Shown here: positions 37,931 to 52,318 of the stretch, piece by piece
How positions within the stretch are numbered: position 1 is the first letter of the stretch
Layout of the letters: each line of letters opens with the position of its first letter
From: the human T2T-CHM13v2.0 reference genome, Homo sapiens
Strand: one strand, 5' to 3'
DNA length: 64,000 nt
NCBI RefSeq assembly: GCF_009914755.1
Contig: NC_060931.1
The notes under the pieces: model-generated
Seen by the model: only the letters and a program-made list of their open reading frames with translations
Database searches by the model: none
What the model was told of the DNA's origin: nothing
Made by a program: the position numbers and the translations under genes

Positions 37931-38812
37931 TTTGGGAGTAGTGCTTGAAGAGCTCACCTTCTAATAAAGGCGAATGGGTACATACAATTTTAATATAGTA
38001 GGATAAATATAATCAAACAACTATATGCAACGTGCAGGAATCCTATAGAAAAGGAACTATTAATATTATTTGTGGGAATAATCTTGGTATGGGAAGAAAG
38101 GCAGCTTACAGAGTCAGTGACACCTTGGTAAAGCACTGAGGATAAAGAGAGCCCTTCCAGGTGGGCAAAGTGGGGATGGTCATTCACAGCTGAGGGAAGA
38201 GTCTAGCAAATATAAGAGATTTGCTACTACAACATGAATTCATAGAGCTGCAGATACTAGTTATGATAAATTTTTAAATGGGGTGGGAGTGGGTGAAGTG
38301 TTCAAGAGATGAGAATAGAGACTGACAACAACAAAGACAGTTGGGTCTTTTCAGCCAGAGTACGATGTTTTGGCCATTAAAGGGTAAAGTTTATTTAGCT
38401 AGATTGCTTAGTTGGACATGCATGGTGGACAGACGTGGTGGCTGGGAGACCACTTCGGGTCCAGTGCTAGAATCTAACCAAAGATAATGGGGGTGGGCAA
38501 GTGGGTGGATGGTAGAGCACCTGTGTTAGGGAATACAAGAGTAAAAGCAGGCTTGGGGAAGATAGTGAGTTTGAATAAAGGTTGTACAATTACTTGATGA
38601 GTCATTCAGTGATATTTTGTACTTTCTTTATGTCTAGAATTTTCTTTAATGTACATTTGTATGGGGACAGATACTCAGAGGAACCAGTTTTAAAAATCAA
38701 ACAGCCTCTATTTGCTCATTCAGTCATCAGAGTTGTCTAAAGAATTAGAAGACTGAGTAAATGCCTCCAGCTCTGCTTATGTAGTCAGGTCCAGGATGTA
38801 AAAGGAGGATCC

Positions 38813-38840
38813 GGGTGGGGGGCGGGGGGGCAGTGTGGGG
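38813..38840 (+). promoter_or_regulatory. G-quadruplex-competent G-run cluster containing a GC box
   Basis: GGG-T-GGGGGG-C-GGGGGGG-CAGTGT-GGGG; includes GGGGCGGGG. The motif is present; function is unproven. Confidence 0.55.
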
Positions 38841-40059
38841 AGCAGTAGCTATCACCTTTCTACTTGGCAACATGCCTTACTACTCTGAAGACCAGTCATT
38901 CTTTAGCTACTGTTAATGCTGATTACACAGAAAATTGCACAACACTTCACTTTGATTTGGCCAATTGAAATGCCCTTTTAGCAAACAAGTGGCACTACCA
39001 AATCAGTCAATTCCTGGATCAATGCAAATCTGAGAGTTCTTTTACTGCGGAGAGTGGTCCTATCATTTGAGTGTAGTCAATTAGCAGAGGTGATATGAAA
39101 ACCTCCAGCTCTGCTATAGAAAGCAAATAGGCTTTGCATGATTATTAAGCAGTTTTCTCATGTGTTCTTTCCTTGATGGAGTTAAAGGCATTAGGGTTTG
39201 AATCCTGCCCATGCTCATATATAGAGCATATGTCATCCTCTCCATCTTTATTGCTATTCATATTGAGGTCAATTATGAGCTGCTGTTTAATGTCACCATG
39301 AAATTGTTCAATTATTTTCTCCCAGCGTCTAAGCAGCTATCCTCAAAGGGATTTGGGAGGAGTGGTATTAATACTGAGGAATTCTTAAGAAGCCAGTAGG
39401 CCTGCATGGCTCTCCTTTTATAATTCACCCCGTCTCAATTATGAGATCCAAAATGCTTGATAAGTTGTTAATGAATAGCTTAGTATCCAATCTTCTCTTT
39501 GGCTAATATTGGGGCACATAGACCTGGTTCCCTTCCTTGGTGGTGGAGTTGTAACTAAAGAAGGGAAGCTGCTATCTTTGTCACGTTTCCCCTCTCTCCC
39601 GCAACTAGACTCTTCTGGAGCACCAAGGGCCCTTGCTTGGTTATTCCTAACTAAGGAACAATTAGGATGAGTTTTCTTTTTCCATTTTAATGTTGGAATG
39701 GGAAGCAAGGGGGTAGGGGAAAAGAAACCTTTTTTATTGAGTGAACCATAAGTATATTTGTACAGCGTCAGTATTTTTCTGTTTGCAGTTTACAGATAAA
39801 ATGTACTTGTATCTCTGTTATTATTGTCATGATCTGCAGGGGGATGCAAAGAGAAATATTTCTGTAAAGAAACAAATATCAGTGCTTTTCTTGAAATAGA
39901 TCATGTTTCAGTTACTCCTTTTTTCTCTGTATAGCCTGGTAAGAGTTTTCTGAAGCCAGCCTAATTGCTTCTGATCATTGTATGCCTGCTGTAGGCTCTG
40001 GGATTTGGTTATGTCTGTAGCAATGCAAAATCAGCAAAGTGTCTCTTTGAGACATTTCA

Positions 40060-40400
40060 ATTTGTTCATTTATTCATCCAAACTTTTATGCATAAGGCAT
40101 TGTGCTAAATTTATTGGGAGAAGGGGTATAATTGGATGAATCAGCCAGGGACCCTCTTTAAAGGAGTTTGTGATATAATGGAGGCAGTAGACATGCAAAC
40201 AGTTAACTCAAATACAATGTAGAATGAACTGTGTTATAAGAGGAACAAATAGAAGGCTGTGGGAGAAGAGATGAAGAAGCAGTTCTCAAAGAGATGACTT
40301 CCTGGAAGAGAAAATATTTGAGCTGAGCCTTAGGAGTGAGAAGGATAGTTATAGGTGGCATGGGATTGGTTGGACATTCAGGATGAGAGAATGCCATCAG
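40060..40400 (-). mobile_element. L2 LINE 3' end
   Basis: ttcatttattcatccaaac..aggcattgtgcta...gacttcctggaagag..atatttgagctgagcctt. Confidence 0.75.
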
Positions 40401-41933
40401 CACTCACGAAGGTCATTACGCTCTACGATTTCATCTTCTTAACAATTCCCTGCCATGACTTTTGTTGTGGCTTTCAGAATCCTTCTATTTCCTAATGCTG
40501 TGTTACTCCTCTGGGCTCATCATTTTTGAAAATCTCATTCTCATCCTGTCTTCCCCACTTAGTAAGTACAATAGTATTCAATTTTCTTGGCTTAGTGTAT
40601 GAGGTCTGCCATGATCTGGTAGGCACCTATGTCTGCCATTTCATGTCTTTCTGCATTTTAATTTAGGATTACCTATTCATCAGGCATGGATTTTCACCCG
40701 TTTGTCTTACTGCCTTCAATTCCTTCATTTCTTACCTGCCTGTCAAACACTAAGTTCAATCACTTCAATTTGTACTATTGTTAGCACTCAAGACCTGGTT
40801 TATTGTACTAGTACTGCAGGCTAGTATGAGTGGAGCCAGTAAACAGCACCATTACAGAGTGCTGTTTAACCACACTTGTTCATAACTTGTGCCCATGTTA
40901 CCCTTAGATAGGAAGATTTTTTTTTTTTTTTTGGTGAAGGGAGGGATTGTTGGTATTAGTTTAGTAGCAAATATAATTTTCATCTTTAGTCATTATTTAT
41001 GTATCTTTCAGTCATATTACGATAACTATGCAGATGCTAAAATAGGTTAATTTTGGAGGAAGAGCTTAAGAAATGAAAGATGTGGGATTGTGGGAGTGAG
41101 AATTATCTGAAGACAGTATTAGTAGTTGAAGGAGGGAAGGTGGCGTTGGTGGAGGGTATTTTCCAACATTTTCAAATTTCTTTCTAAGAAAATATTTATT
41201 TATATGATGTTGGTCTTCAAATGAGAAGTTTGATTCAGTAAATAAATATTCAAAAAATGATTATTGCAGGGCATTGGGTATATACTCGTTCTGGGGTATA
41301 AGAAAGTAGGCAAAGGCCTACTTTCTTACTGTGTTGACTTTTTAACCGAATCCTTGGAAACCCATGCCAGTGATTGAGAGGAACCATGTAAAAAGCTAAT
41401 TTGGAAACCTGAAATCCCAATCAGGAGATTTTGCAAGGTTCAATTTATTTCCTACTTATGCTTTTGCCCATTCAGTGCCTGACCCACTGGCTTCTGGTGG
41501 TATTGGCTTCCTTCTCTGATCTATCTGTTTAGTGTCAGTTCCCAGGTATCAGATTGCATAACTGAACCATCTACTTGACGTACCTCTGTGCACCACATAT
41601 GTGAAAGGCCTGTCACTGTGGTCAGATCTGGTTTGCAGATCCTGCTGTGTGGACCTGCATCAATGTCTAGGCTCTGTCTAGGACAGTTTGGGAGAGATCA
41701 GACGTAGATGTTCAGAGCAGAAATGTGGATTAAGTGGTATGACAACTAGTTCTAAGTCTTGAACTTTAAGCCACTTGCCTTCATTGAACCTTCTCTCTTC
41801 TCTATTACTTATGATTGACTTTTGGTTTCACAAGAGTATTTAAATTTTATTGCATAATATAAATGAACCACTTTGTTTTCATTAGGGGACTCCATACAAA
41901 TGCAAACACTTTGTTTAAAAACAGAAGTATATA

Positions 41934-42267
41934 CAGTTGTCCCTCTGTATCCCTGGGTTCTGCATCCCTGGATTCAACCAATCTTGGATCAAAAAGATTA
42001 AAAAAAGTTATGTCTGTACTGAATGTGTAGACCTTTTTTTTTTTGTTTTACTATTGTCTACATAATATAGCATAAAAACCATTTACATAAAATTTATTGC
42101 ATTAGGTATTATAAGTAACATAGAGATGATTTAAAGTATATGGAAGGATATGCATAATTTATATGCAGATATTATGACATTTTATATCAGGAACTTGAGC
42201 ATCCCCAAATTTTGGTATCCACAGGAGGTCCTGGAACCAATGCCCCTCAGATACCGAGGGATGAGTT
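41934..42267. mobile_element. MER2 (Tigger MITE)
   Basis: TIRs cagttgtccctctgtatcc / gataccgagggatgagtt, TA flanks, internal ggattcaaccaa and ggaacttgagcatcc. Confidence 0.93.
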
Positions 42268-43951
42268 TATATACTTTTCCACATGGTGATCACAATTTCT
42301 TCCTTCCTGAGCCTTATGCAATTAGTTACTATCATTTCTCTTTTCTGTTTTTTTTTTAAATCCCATTAAAGGAAGTAACCAAACTTCTTTTATTAGTATC
42401 TGAATTTTAATCTACTATGGTGTTTGGTCATAGGAGAACCAGACTAAGAGGAAGTGAAAGAAATATCATTTTTGTTGCCAAATCACTTTTCAATGCATTA
42501 AGGGAAAAAAATGCAAAAAGACAATGCTACCAAACTGGTGTATCCAGTGACTCTGAGGTTACCCAAGTTCTCAGCGCTCTCTACCTGTTCTTCAGGATGA
42601 AAAGTTCTCAGTCCCTTCACCATTTTCCTTTTCTTCCTCATGTGAAGACCAAGGTATATTATTCCAGGAATGATTAGTGATGTTGACCCTTGTCCTCACC
42701 AAAGTTATGCTTGAATCGTCTTTCATTGAAAATAGGGACAAGTCCCATAAGAGGTACATCTACTCATCATGGAATAGATCATGTCAGGACCCAATTCCCT
42801 AAAATACAGGAAGTCACTGTGACCTTGTGCTTATTTAGGGCCTAGCTGCTCTGTGATGAGAAACTCCTTCACTTCCCAGATTTGTGATCCAACTGGCTGT
42901 TCTTCCTGTAACTCAGAGCCACAATGCTATTCTAGGACCAGACTGCAGGATATTCGGTAAAATGCCATCATTTGTTGGCTGCTGGAAATATTTGGCTTTA
43001 AATCAGTTACAATAAAAGTCCAGACCGAAGACCAATGGCCACATTTTAGCTTAATCAATACTGAAAGTTAAATACTTTTATGACTTTCAATTTTCTTTTG
43101 CCTCCAATCTCTTATATATATGTTATAGTAATAATAATTAGTATGTTCAGTATTGGTGGATATAGTATATCAGAAAAGTACACAACTTGCTTTTAAGAGT
43201 ACAAACACCAGTCATGTTCATTGTAAAACATTTAGAAAATGCCAATAGGCAAGAGTAGTTAAATTCTGTTACTCAAAAATTTTACTTTTGTTAATATTTT
43301 GGTGTTATATGCTTTTTTAGTTATTTCTCTTTATATTTAAAATAGTTTTGTAAGTGATCCACGAATGTGTTCCAAATTTTTCTTCCTTCATTAGAGATCT
43401 GAACACATTATTCCTAAACTCAAAAATCTTTACTTGCTTTCTGTTGTGTCTATAGAATAAACTCAGTCTCCCTGGCCTGTTTTTAAGACTCCTCATGGTC
43501 TTTTGACTGTTTCCCCTTAAATTTTCTGATTTATACTTTGGTCTCTGACATATGAATAGGTGCAGTTTTGGGTACTGGGTTCCTTTGTCTCAAATGCCCT
43601 TTCCCCTTCATTATCCATCTGGCTAAGGCTGTTCAAATCCTCTTTCCTTTGAATGTTCTCAGAATTAATGTCTTGCTTTACTCTGCTATTCAGCTCATTT
43701 ATATTAAGCATAATTCTCAGTCTTTCCTTAACTCCATGTTTACATACTGTTTTCTCTACTAGATTTCAAGTCTGGAAGGAGAGGATTGTCATTCTCACAA
43801 TTTGTTGTGAAGACTCATTTACTGTCAGTGTTCTCCACTCTGCTATTATCTGTATAAAGGCAGGGTCCACCTTCATAGCTCCAATATCATGTTCCTGTTG
43901 GCTGGGGAGAGAATAGTACAAACTCAACAATAGTGGACTTACCCTTGTGTC

Positions 43952-44220
43952 TTTTTTTTTGATGGAGTCTCACTGTTGCCCAGGCTGGAGTGCAGTGGCA
44001 CAAATTTGGCTTTCCGCAACCTCTGCCTTCCTGCCTTAGCCTCCCGAGTAGCTGGGATTACAGGCGCCCACCACCATGCACAGCTAATTTTTGTATTTTT
44101 AGTAGAGACGGGGTTTTACCATGTCGGTCAGGTTGGTCTCGAACTTCTAGCCTCAGGTGATCTGCCTGCCTGGGGCTCCCAAAGTGCTGGGATTACAGAC
44201 GTGAGCCACCGTGCTCTGTC
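43952..44220 (-). mobile_element. AluS SINE with 16-bp TSD and a short internal deletion, inserted in an L2 tail
   Basis: TSD tacccttgtgtctttt at 43940-43955 and 44221-44236; lacks the ccgggttcaagcgattc segment; L2 end (tagcataatgcctag...gatatttgttgaattgaat) resumes after it. Confidence 0.96.
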
Positions 44221-47200
44221 TACCCTTGTGTCTTTTGCAGCTCTTAGCATAATGCCTAGAATATGGTAATGCCTAAGAGATATTTGTTGAATTGAATTGT
44301 TATTGACTGTAAGTAAGGAGCATACATGGGCTATGTCCAAATTTGTTGGAACATTTTTGAAGGAAGTAAGCTTATTACTCTGAAACCTATTCAGTAGTAT
44401 AAAGCATTTTGAATAGAAATACAGTTAAGTATTATTCCAGGTAGCAAGGTGTATTACAGAGTGTTCTTAGTGACCTCAATAGCCACTATCACCTTTTTAA
44501 ACGTTATTGTTCTTACTATTTTTGTTTTTGTTTTTTTGCTCAGCTGGACACATTGTCATTAAGATTGAATCAATAATTTTGTCATCAGCCACCTTCCAGG
44601 TAGAGGATTCCACCCATTTGCTTAAGACCCCTCAAGTCTGCCTTCATCATTTTGGGTATCATGGGTCTTTACTATCATTTGTTTAGCTTTTCCACATTTT
44701 GTGATATCTTTTCAGCTTTTACCTATTAGAATTATTTTTCCAAGTCTACTTTTGGATAGAATATAATTTTACTGTTTTTGGTTGTTCTCTAAGTGACATT
44801 GAAAGGTACACACTTTTTATTTTTATTTTTTACTCTCTCCAGGATCTTAGTAGGAAGGAATGCATTTTATCTTTCACCACACTGTGTAATCTCCTTGGCA
44901 TCCTCTCCTTTATTTGTTGGATTTTTCTTTTAATTAAAAAGTCATTCCAGGTATGTTTTATTGCTTATTTATTCTTTCCTTATTTACTTTCTCAAAAACT
45001 AATTGAACATAGGAAAGTAAATCTTTAATTCTGCTAAAAATATCAAGACTATTATTGAAATCTATTCTTACACATTCTTTAAAATGAGCACCCCAAATCA
45101 TTGTTCTTTCTTGGGACAAATGCAATGAAGATAGTGTGTTAGCTATGCGATATCATCAGTGGTGTGCAAATGAGGAAAAAAATAAAAAAAAAAGTGGATG
45201 GTTCTATCCTTTCTTCTAAAGACTAAGCTGGTAGCTGCCCTTAATGTTGGTGGCATTTTCTAAGTCAGAATCATGTACTACTTGGTACATTTAGAATGAT
45301 ATAAGAAGTGATTGGGATTAAGTTGTTATAAAACATCATGTATTTTTTAAACTTGTTGATTCAATGTTCTCTGCAACCCTTTTCAATATAGCCTGATCTT
45401 TTATATTTCTAATTATCTTGTACAAAAACATATCTTGAGCACCTACCTACAATGTACCCAACACTGAATGTACTCTTTGAGTGGTACAAATGGAATATAA
45501 GGTGTTACAATGAGAAAATACACTAAAATGGTTTCGCCTGCATTTTCTTTTTAGTTGCGCTATTCCTGCTTTCTTACTGTATGATTTCCTTTCTTTGTTA
45601 CATAGTAGATTGCCTTTCTCTCACCACATTTTTGGTTAAAATTGACTTATGCAAGAGGGGCTTTGAAGTGAACAATATAAAAAATATAATTTTCAGTCAA
45701 ACTTTGAGCTTCATGGTTATATGTTTTTCATTGCAATTTAGAATCTATAATATTTTATCATACTATATATGCCTTATTTGTGATTTGGAATTTGTACCTG
45801 AATTATTTTCTAAAACAAGATATTATAGGCAGGTTCCAATATGGTACTAGACTACTAGTGGCAATAGCATAAACAAATACCAGTTTTGAGATTTGTGAAT
45901 ACACATTTCTTACAAATTTGTGGCTGGTCAAAATGCTGACTTTCTGATTAATTAGAAGTCTGTAGCCTCAAATAAGCCCAAATCTATTTATTCATGTCAT
46001 AGAGGGGATACACTGAGTACTTCCAAATAATTTATATTATATGGAAATAGTAACATGCTTGCCATTTTTTCTCCACCATTTTAGATTGATTCTTAAATAT
46101 CACAACATTGTACATCATTGCTAATTGTCAGAACTGCGTACCATATTGCCATATTTACTTCTATAGCTTTTCCTTTGTATTTTAACATTTGAAATAACTT
46201 CAAGTGAATTCATTCAGATTCATTCTTAATTACTAGATTCCTAATAGGACTGTTTAAGGAATGCCTTATATTTGATGTGTGGAAAATGAAAGGTGATATA
46301 AAAATGCAGTGTTATAGGGTAGCTTCTGTGTAATTTTGGCTCACTGGAATGCCAGTTGGGGAATGGCAAAGGCTAATACTCAACAGATGGCAAAGTCCTA
46401 AAACCTATAATAATGGTTGCAGTTATTTTCATTACTGTCATTTGAAGGCACATGCAATAATGTGAAAAGGCTTGAACTGGGTAATCACAGTAAATATACT
46501 CAAAGGGACCAGATGCATTTCAAACAATCAAAACGGTGATGGATATTCAGGCTGAGTGCCACTTCTGCACATATTCTAGGTACATTTATTGCTAGGGATT
46601 AGAAGCAACATTACTTGTCACAGAGAGGAGCTCCATTTCCCCTTTTAGTAATAACAAGCAACAAAAATTGACATCTGTTATAACACAGACAGAATATTTC
46701 ACATCCTTTATGATTGTGTGTCATTATCATGCATATAAATTTAGTTTGCAGATGTTCAACGTCAGAGATCAAAATACCAATTTTGCCTACAAAAGAGTTG
46801 CAATGGATACCGAAAATCTAAGCACTTTTGAAAATAGATAAGTTAAATCTTTTAGAGTGGGGACAATAAAAATCAAATAAGATTAGGAAGAAAAAGCATC
46901 AAAAGGCATCAGAAGGGGCTGTGTGGAAGTTTCAGAAGATCTTAATATTTCTATTTGCAGCTTTGTAAAAGCACCATTCTTGATTTTAATCTCCAGAGAC
47001 TGTAGTTTGGAGTTGTTATACATCTTTGTTATTTTCTTCCATACAATAAATAAAATGAGGCCAACATTTTTTCCTTGAAAGAATCTGTCATTCCAGAAAA
47101 TTAATTAGTTCACATATGAATATTCATAATTCTTCCTGTGTCTAATATGTAAAAATAGTTCTTGGTGATTTTGTGCAAGGGATTGGGTAGCAATGACCTA

Positions 47201-48846
47201 CAATGATGCTATTAAACATAGTACAACAGACAAGTTGACCTTTTCAGGTATTCAGTACTCAATTTAACATCACTGTTTGTTCTATATATAATTTCCTTTA
47301 TTACATTTAGGAAACAGATGAACAGATTGATAGAAGATGAGAGGAAAATTGTATATTTTGTAGTACAATATAAAACACCTAAGAATAAAAAAAAATATGT
47401 TTTATGGAAAACTCTTCTCCTTTTCCCCACCCTACGTAACCCCTAACCACATACAACTTCAACCAAAGGAAAGAAACCTACGTTACTTGTTTGAACAATC
47501 TTGTGCCTGCTTCAAAGGTACTGTTAACAATGTGATGTATTTTGCATTTGCCTCTGGGGATTTACCACTCAATATTAAAGTACTTCCCACTGTGACATTT
47601 TAAAAACTGTCTCTTTCCTCTGCTGAGCTAAAAACATAATGGGGATCAAGAAAACCATCTGAAACAAGCATAGTATAAAATTTCTGCCAGGCATTGGAAG
47701 TTAAGGCATGGTTTTTGACCCTCCTTTTGTACTGGGCAAAGATACAGGACTGCTGCTCTCTCACTCTGCCTTTTCAAAAGCTTGTTAAATGAATTGCCTC
47801 TGCCATATTGTAAACTTGACATATTTGCCCAGGGTCTTTGGTTCAAATCTAAGTGTATATCCTCCTAGTCCAGTGAATATGTGCAGAATGATATTTGTAA
47901 ATCAAGACATGATAGTGATGCTACTTTCTGAAGAATCTAAAAAAACAGAATTGGTAGGAAGCTGGGATTAGATGATGAGAACATATAGTTTCTTGAAAAT
48001 ATTTTTATTTTTTTCTAGATATATATTTCTACCTTGAAAAGCAAACCACTAATTTTATTGATTGCTTGATTTCTGATGTTTTGTGAATATAACCTATTCT
48101 TAGTAAATTTGGTAATCTGAGGACATATTTTATTGAATAATTTTAGTTGGGGCTTTAATTCTAGTTTTTCCTGGGACAAATATACGGTTGGACTCATATA
48201 TATCCTGGGACCAATACAGTTTAAATTATAGTAAAATTAACAAAATTAACTCGAAGTTTGAACTTGAACAGTGTGAAATCACATTGGAACATTTTAAATT
48301 TAGTAGCAATAATTGGCCTATCCATAATTAATACAGTACTTATATATATTATTGCTTAAATAGGTGTTTAAATTTTACATGCTCTGGGTGATTTTGCTTA
48401 AATGAGTTAAAAGCACAGTTTAATTAAGACCAATGAGTTGCTAGAAGAATGCATTTGGCTTCATACTTTTCTTGGATCGTGTCACTCGATACAGTACTCA
48501 CTAACTAGTGGCAAATAAAAAAGTCAATAAATTCCTGTTTCCATCAACTAGACTAATGAACTTCATTAGTTGATCATGTTATCAGTATAATTACTACAGA
48601 CCACATTTTGCCCTTGGCTATTAATGCAACAGACTTCTGTACTTAGAAGAACTGCCTAAGAAGAGAACTCAGGTTAACTCTGGCAAATAACTTTGACTCT
48701 TTTCTTTCTAAAATCATTATTATATCCTCTGGAAATAGAGTATCCCATATACTCAGCTATGATGGTTTTCACATTGAACTGTGGGAATATGTTGCTAGAC
48801 CCCTTTGCTTTGTTATAATTGTGTTGGCTATGCCTTTATGGGATAC

Positions 48847-49298
48847 TGTTGTGGGTTGAAATATGTTCCCCAAAAAGATCTGTTGAGGTCCTAACATCTG
48901 GTTCCTGTGAATATGACCCAATTTGGAAATAGAGTCATAACAGATGTAAATTAAGATGAAGTCGTACTGAAGTAAGGTGGACTCTTAATCCAATATGACT
49001 GGTGCCCTCGTGAGGTGAGAAGAGACACACACATACCTAGGGAAAATGCCATGTGGCGATAGAAGTCAAGATCAGAGTGATGCAGCTGCAAGCCAAGGAA
49101 TGCCAAGGATTGGTGGTGACCACCAGAAACTGGGAGGAGGTAAGGAAGGATTCTATCCGGAGTCTCAGAGAGAACACTGCTTTGCTGATTCCCTAATTTT
49201 GGCTTCTACCCTCTGGAACTGTGGGAGAATACATTTCCATTGTTTTCAGCCACCCAGTTTGTGGTACTTTGTTATAGCAGCCTGAGGAAACTAATACA
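48847..49298 (+). mobile_element. MLT1C-like solo LTR (MaLR)
   Basis: tgttgtgggttgaa..ccccaaaa...aagccaaggaatgccaagg...cacccagtttgtggtactttgttatagcagcc..ggaaactaataca. Confidence 0.92.
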
Positions 49299-49428
49299 AA
49301 TTTCTTACTTGAATTATTAACCATAATAGATTAACTACTTAGCTAGTTAGGAGGAAGTGATCAGCTGTTCTCAGGGATAAATGGAAGTCTTGAAAGTCCA
49401 AGAATTATTCATTAGGACAAATTCTTAA

Positions 49429-49611
<183 letters not shown>

Positions 49612-50043
49612 TAGTGGTATTTTTAACAGATAAATAAGAATGGAGGTAGTGGCAGAGGTGGAGTGAGAAGAGAGACAAGTAAAATATAGAAATTTGAGGG
49701 AAGTGAAATGGCCCTTTCTGTATTTTTTTAAAAATATGGAGGTTTGCATCTTCTTGATTTGCAGCTTTGAAAACATTGACTTTTTTGTGCGTCATATGAC
49801 ACTAATAACAGAAACTACCCCACCAAAATACCACCACAAACTTCACTTAAAATAAACTCCAAAGAAGAATCCATTTTTCGTGTGATATGAATGACAAATG
49901 ATTATAAGGAATTTTAATAATTTATATAAAAATCCAAAGAGTCATATTGTAAGTACTGACAGGTATACTAGGGAGTTTTTGATCACACTTAAAAATTACT
50001 TGTGTAATTAGGTACAACATTAAAATGAGAACAGGGATATATA

Positions 50044-50218
50044 CAGTAAGTCCTCACCTAATGTCATTGATAGGTTCTTGGAAACTTGACTTTAAGGGAA
50101 ATGACTACTCTATAATGAAACAAATTTTATCCCAGCTTAAATGATATAAATGAGAGTCATTTTGCTTGACATCACTGTTTACAAGAACCTATCAGTGATT
50201 TTAGGTGTGGACTTATTG
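50044..50218. mobile_element. MER82 (Tigger) short deletion derivative with long terminal inverted repeats
   Basis: cagtaagtcctcacctaatgtcattgataggttcttggaaac pairs with gtttacaagaacctatcagtgattttaggtgtggacttattg. Confidence 0.85.
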
Positions 50219-52204
50219 TGTGCATAATTCATATATTATTTAACAATATATTAGGTCCAAAGATATATCTCTGGCTTTCTTATTCTACAGATGGTTAATG
50301 TCTGCTAGCTAAGCTAGGTAAGTTAGGAAAAGCTTAGAAGCTCAATACATGTAAGCAAATAAAAAACCCAAAAACATCATTTTAGACGATTCTTTAACCT
50401 TCTATTCTAAAATTATGGCAGGCACTATACGTAAGGGCTTTATAGTTTACATTTTGTAGACGAAGAATATAACAATCAAGAAACAGTCTAAAAAACTGGC
50501 AATGGAAGAAAGAATGAAGAGAAACCCAAGACTTAGCTAATTCATGATGTTGCCTCAAATATCAAGAAGCTGGTATTATGCAAATGGATCTTGTGAGAGG
50601 AAATGAACTCAGAACTGAGATTATGACTGTGACGTACTTTGAGACACTTTCAGAAAGATTGAAAGACGAAAAGATATTTCTTGGTACAAAGCACATTATG
50701 ATTGATGACTGTTTGAGGGCAGTTATCTTTAAACTAGTATTACAGACAAAAATCCCATCACTTGTGTGATGTCCTCCATTGTGTTGTAGATTTTATTAGC
50801 CTCATGGTTTTATGTGAGCAAAGAATGATCTCAACATGACACAATTTTAATATATTTTCTCCCAAGCTCTCAGAGCTATTTTTGTCTATTAATTTTAACA
50901 TAACAGAGACTGCAGTTCCCTTATATTTTGCTGTTCTAAGGGAGAATTATGTCTTTTATTTTAAGCCAGGTAGAGGGAAAGCATTTTTGTTGTTAAAATA
51001 AGTGAGGATGATTATTTTTCCCATTCAGATTTTCAAATCCCTTGGCGAAGAAGGTATTGCATTATTAAAATTTACTTGTTTGATTTAGAGGTACTGCTTT
51101 TGGACATGGTAAGAGTTTTGAACTTTAATTTTGATTTATTTGCTTGCTAGAGTGATAGCTATGAAGAATTCATAACATTTTATTTTAAATGGAAATTGCT
51201 AACAGAAATAACTGCACTTTATAATCGTTTTGAGATAATTTTGGTTGCAATTTCACATTTGACTAACAGCATTAGAGATATGATTCCAATTAAGGGAAGT
51301 AGTAAATATTTTCCTTTGAAATTTCTAAGAAAGGAGAGCCTTTCTGTGAATTAATGCATAGGTTGATATATGCAGAAAACCAAGCACTCTCCATAGCACA
51401 AGAATGTTGAATTAGCTAGGAATTTGCACTGAATTAGCTAGGAATTTTATACACCTGTCAACATTCTCCCCTTTCCTTATAATTTTCTGTCTATTTCCAG
51501 ATCTTCATTCCTCATGATTCTATCACAGGACGTGTTAGAGGAGCACACATCACTATGGCTTATGACATTTCAGAAAACATAACTTAAAAATTCCTTTGCA
51601 GAACTTTATTACAGAAAAATTGATCACATGTAGTAAGGAATAATAGGATACACAAAAAGTACCACATAGAACAGTACAATTTTAGAAAGGGGAGAGAAAG
51701 AAGGAGAATATGTATCCTTCCAGATGTAGATCCCCAGATGATAACAGGGCTATTTCTGGGTGGTATGATTACAACTGGTTTCTATTTTCTTCCTTTTGTT
51801 GATTCATTCCCTCTAATTTTTATATGATTAACATGTATTAATTGTGTAATTTTTTTTCAACTTAGAACAACTGAATTAGGGTGGATGTTTTAAATCCCAT
51901 CTCCATAGTACAATCAACACACTAGATATCAAAGGCTCTTTTTTGGAACAGGAGGGCAGACTGCTATTAAATATTATTCCAGGGATATGCAAATGTTTAA
52001 GAGGCTCAGGTGGGCATGGAACAAGTGTGCTGGGAGGGTATCACCAATGGAATAGCCATTAAGGGCCTAGGCAGCACTTAACTTGAGTCACAATAGCACT
52101 GGGTCTGGATAATAGCCATTGTGGCTGAAACGCCGCTTAGAGTTGTACTCTGTGCCAAATTCACTTTACCCACAGAAATTGCAAATGAGTTATCATTCTC
52201 ATTT

Positions 52205-52318
52205 TTTCCTTTTATTTCTAGTTGCCACATCATTGTACATATTTATGTGATACAGAGTGATATTTTGATACATGTATACAAATTATGATACATGCCATGA
52301 TCAAATCAAAGTACTTAG
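52205..52318 (-). mobile_element. L1MA 3'-terminal fragment
   Basis: attgtacatatttatgtgatacagagtgatattttgatacatgtataca...atgatcaaatca. Confidence 0.8.
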
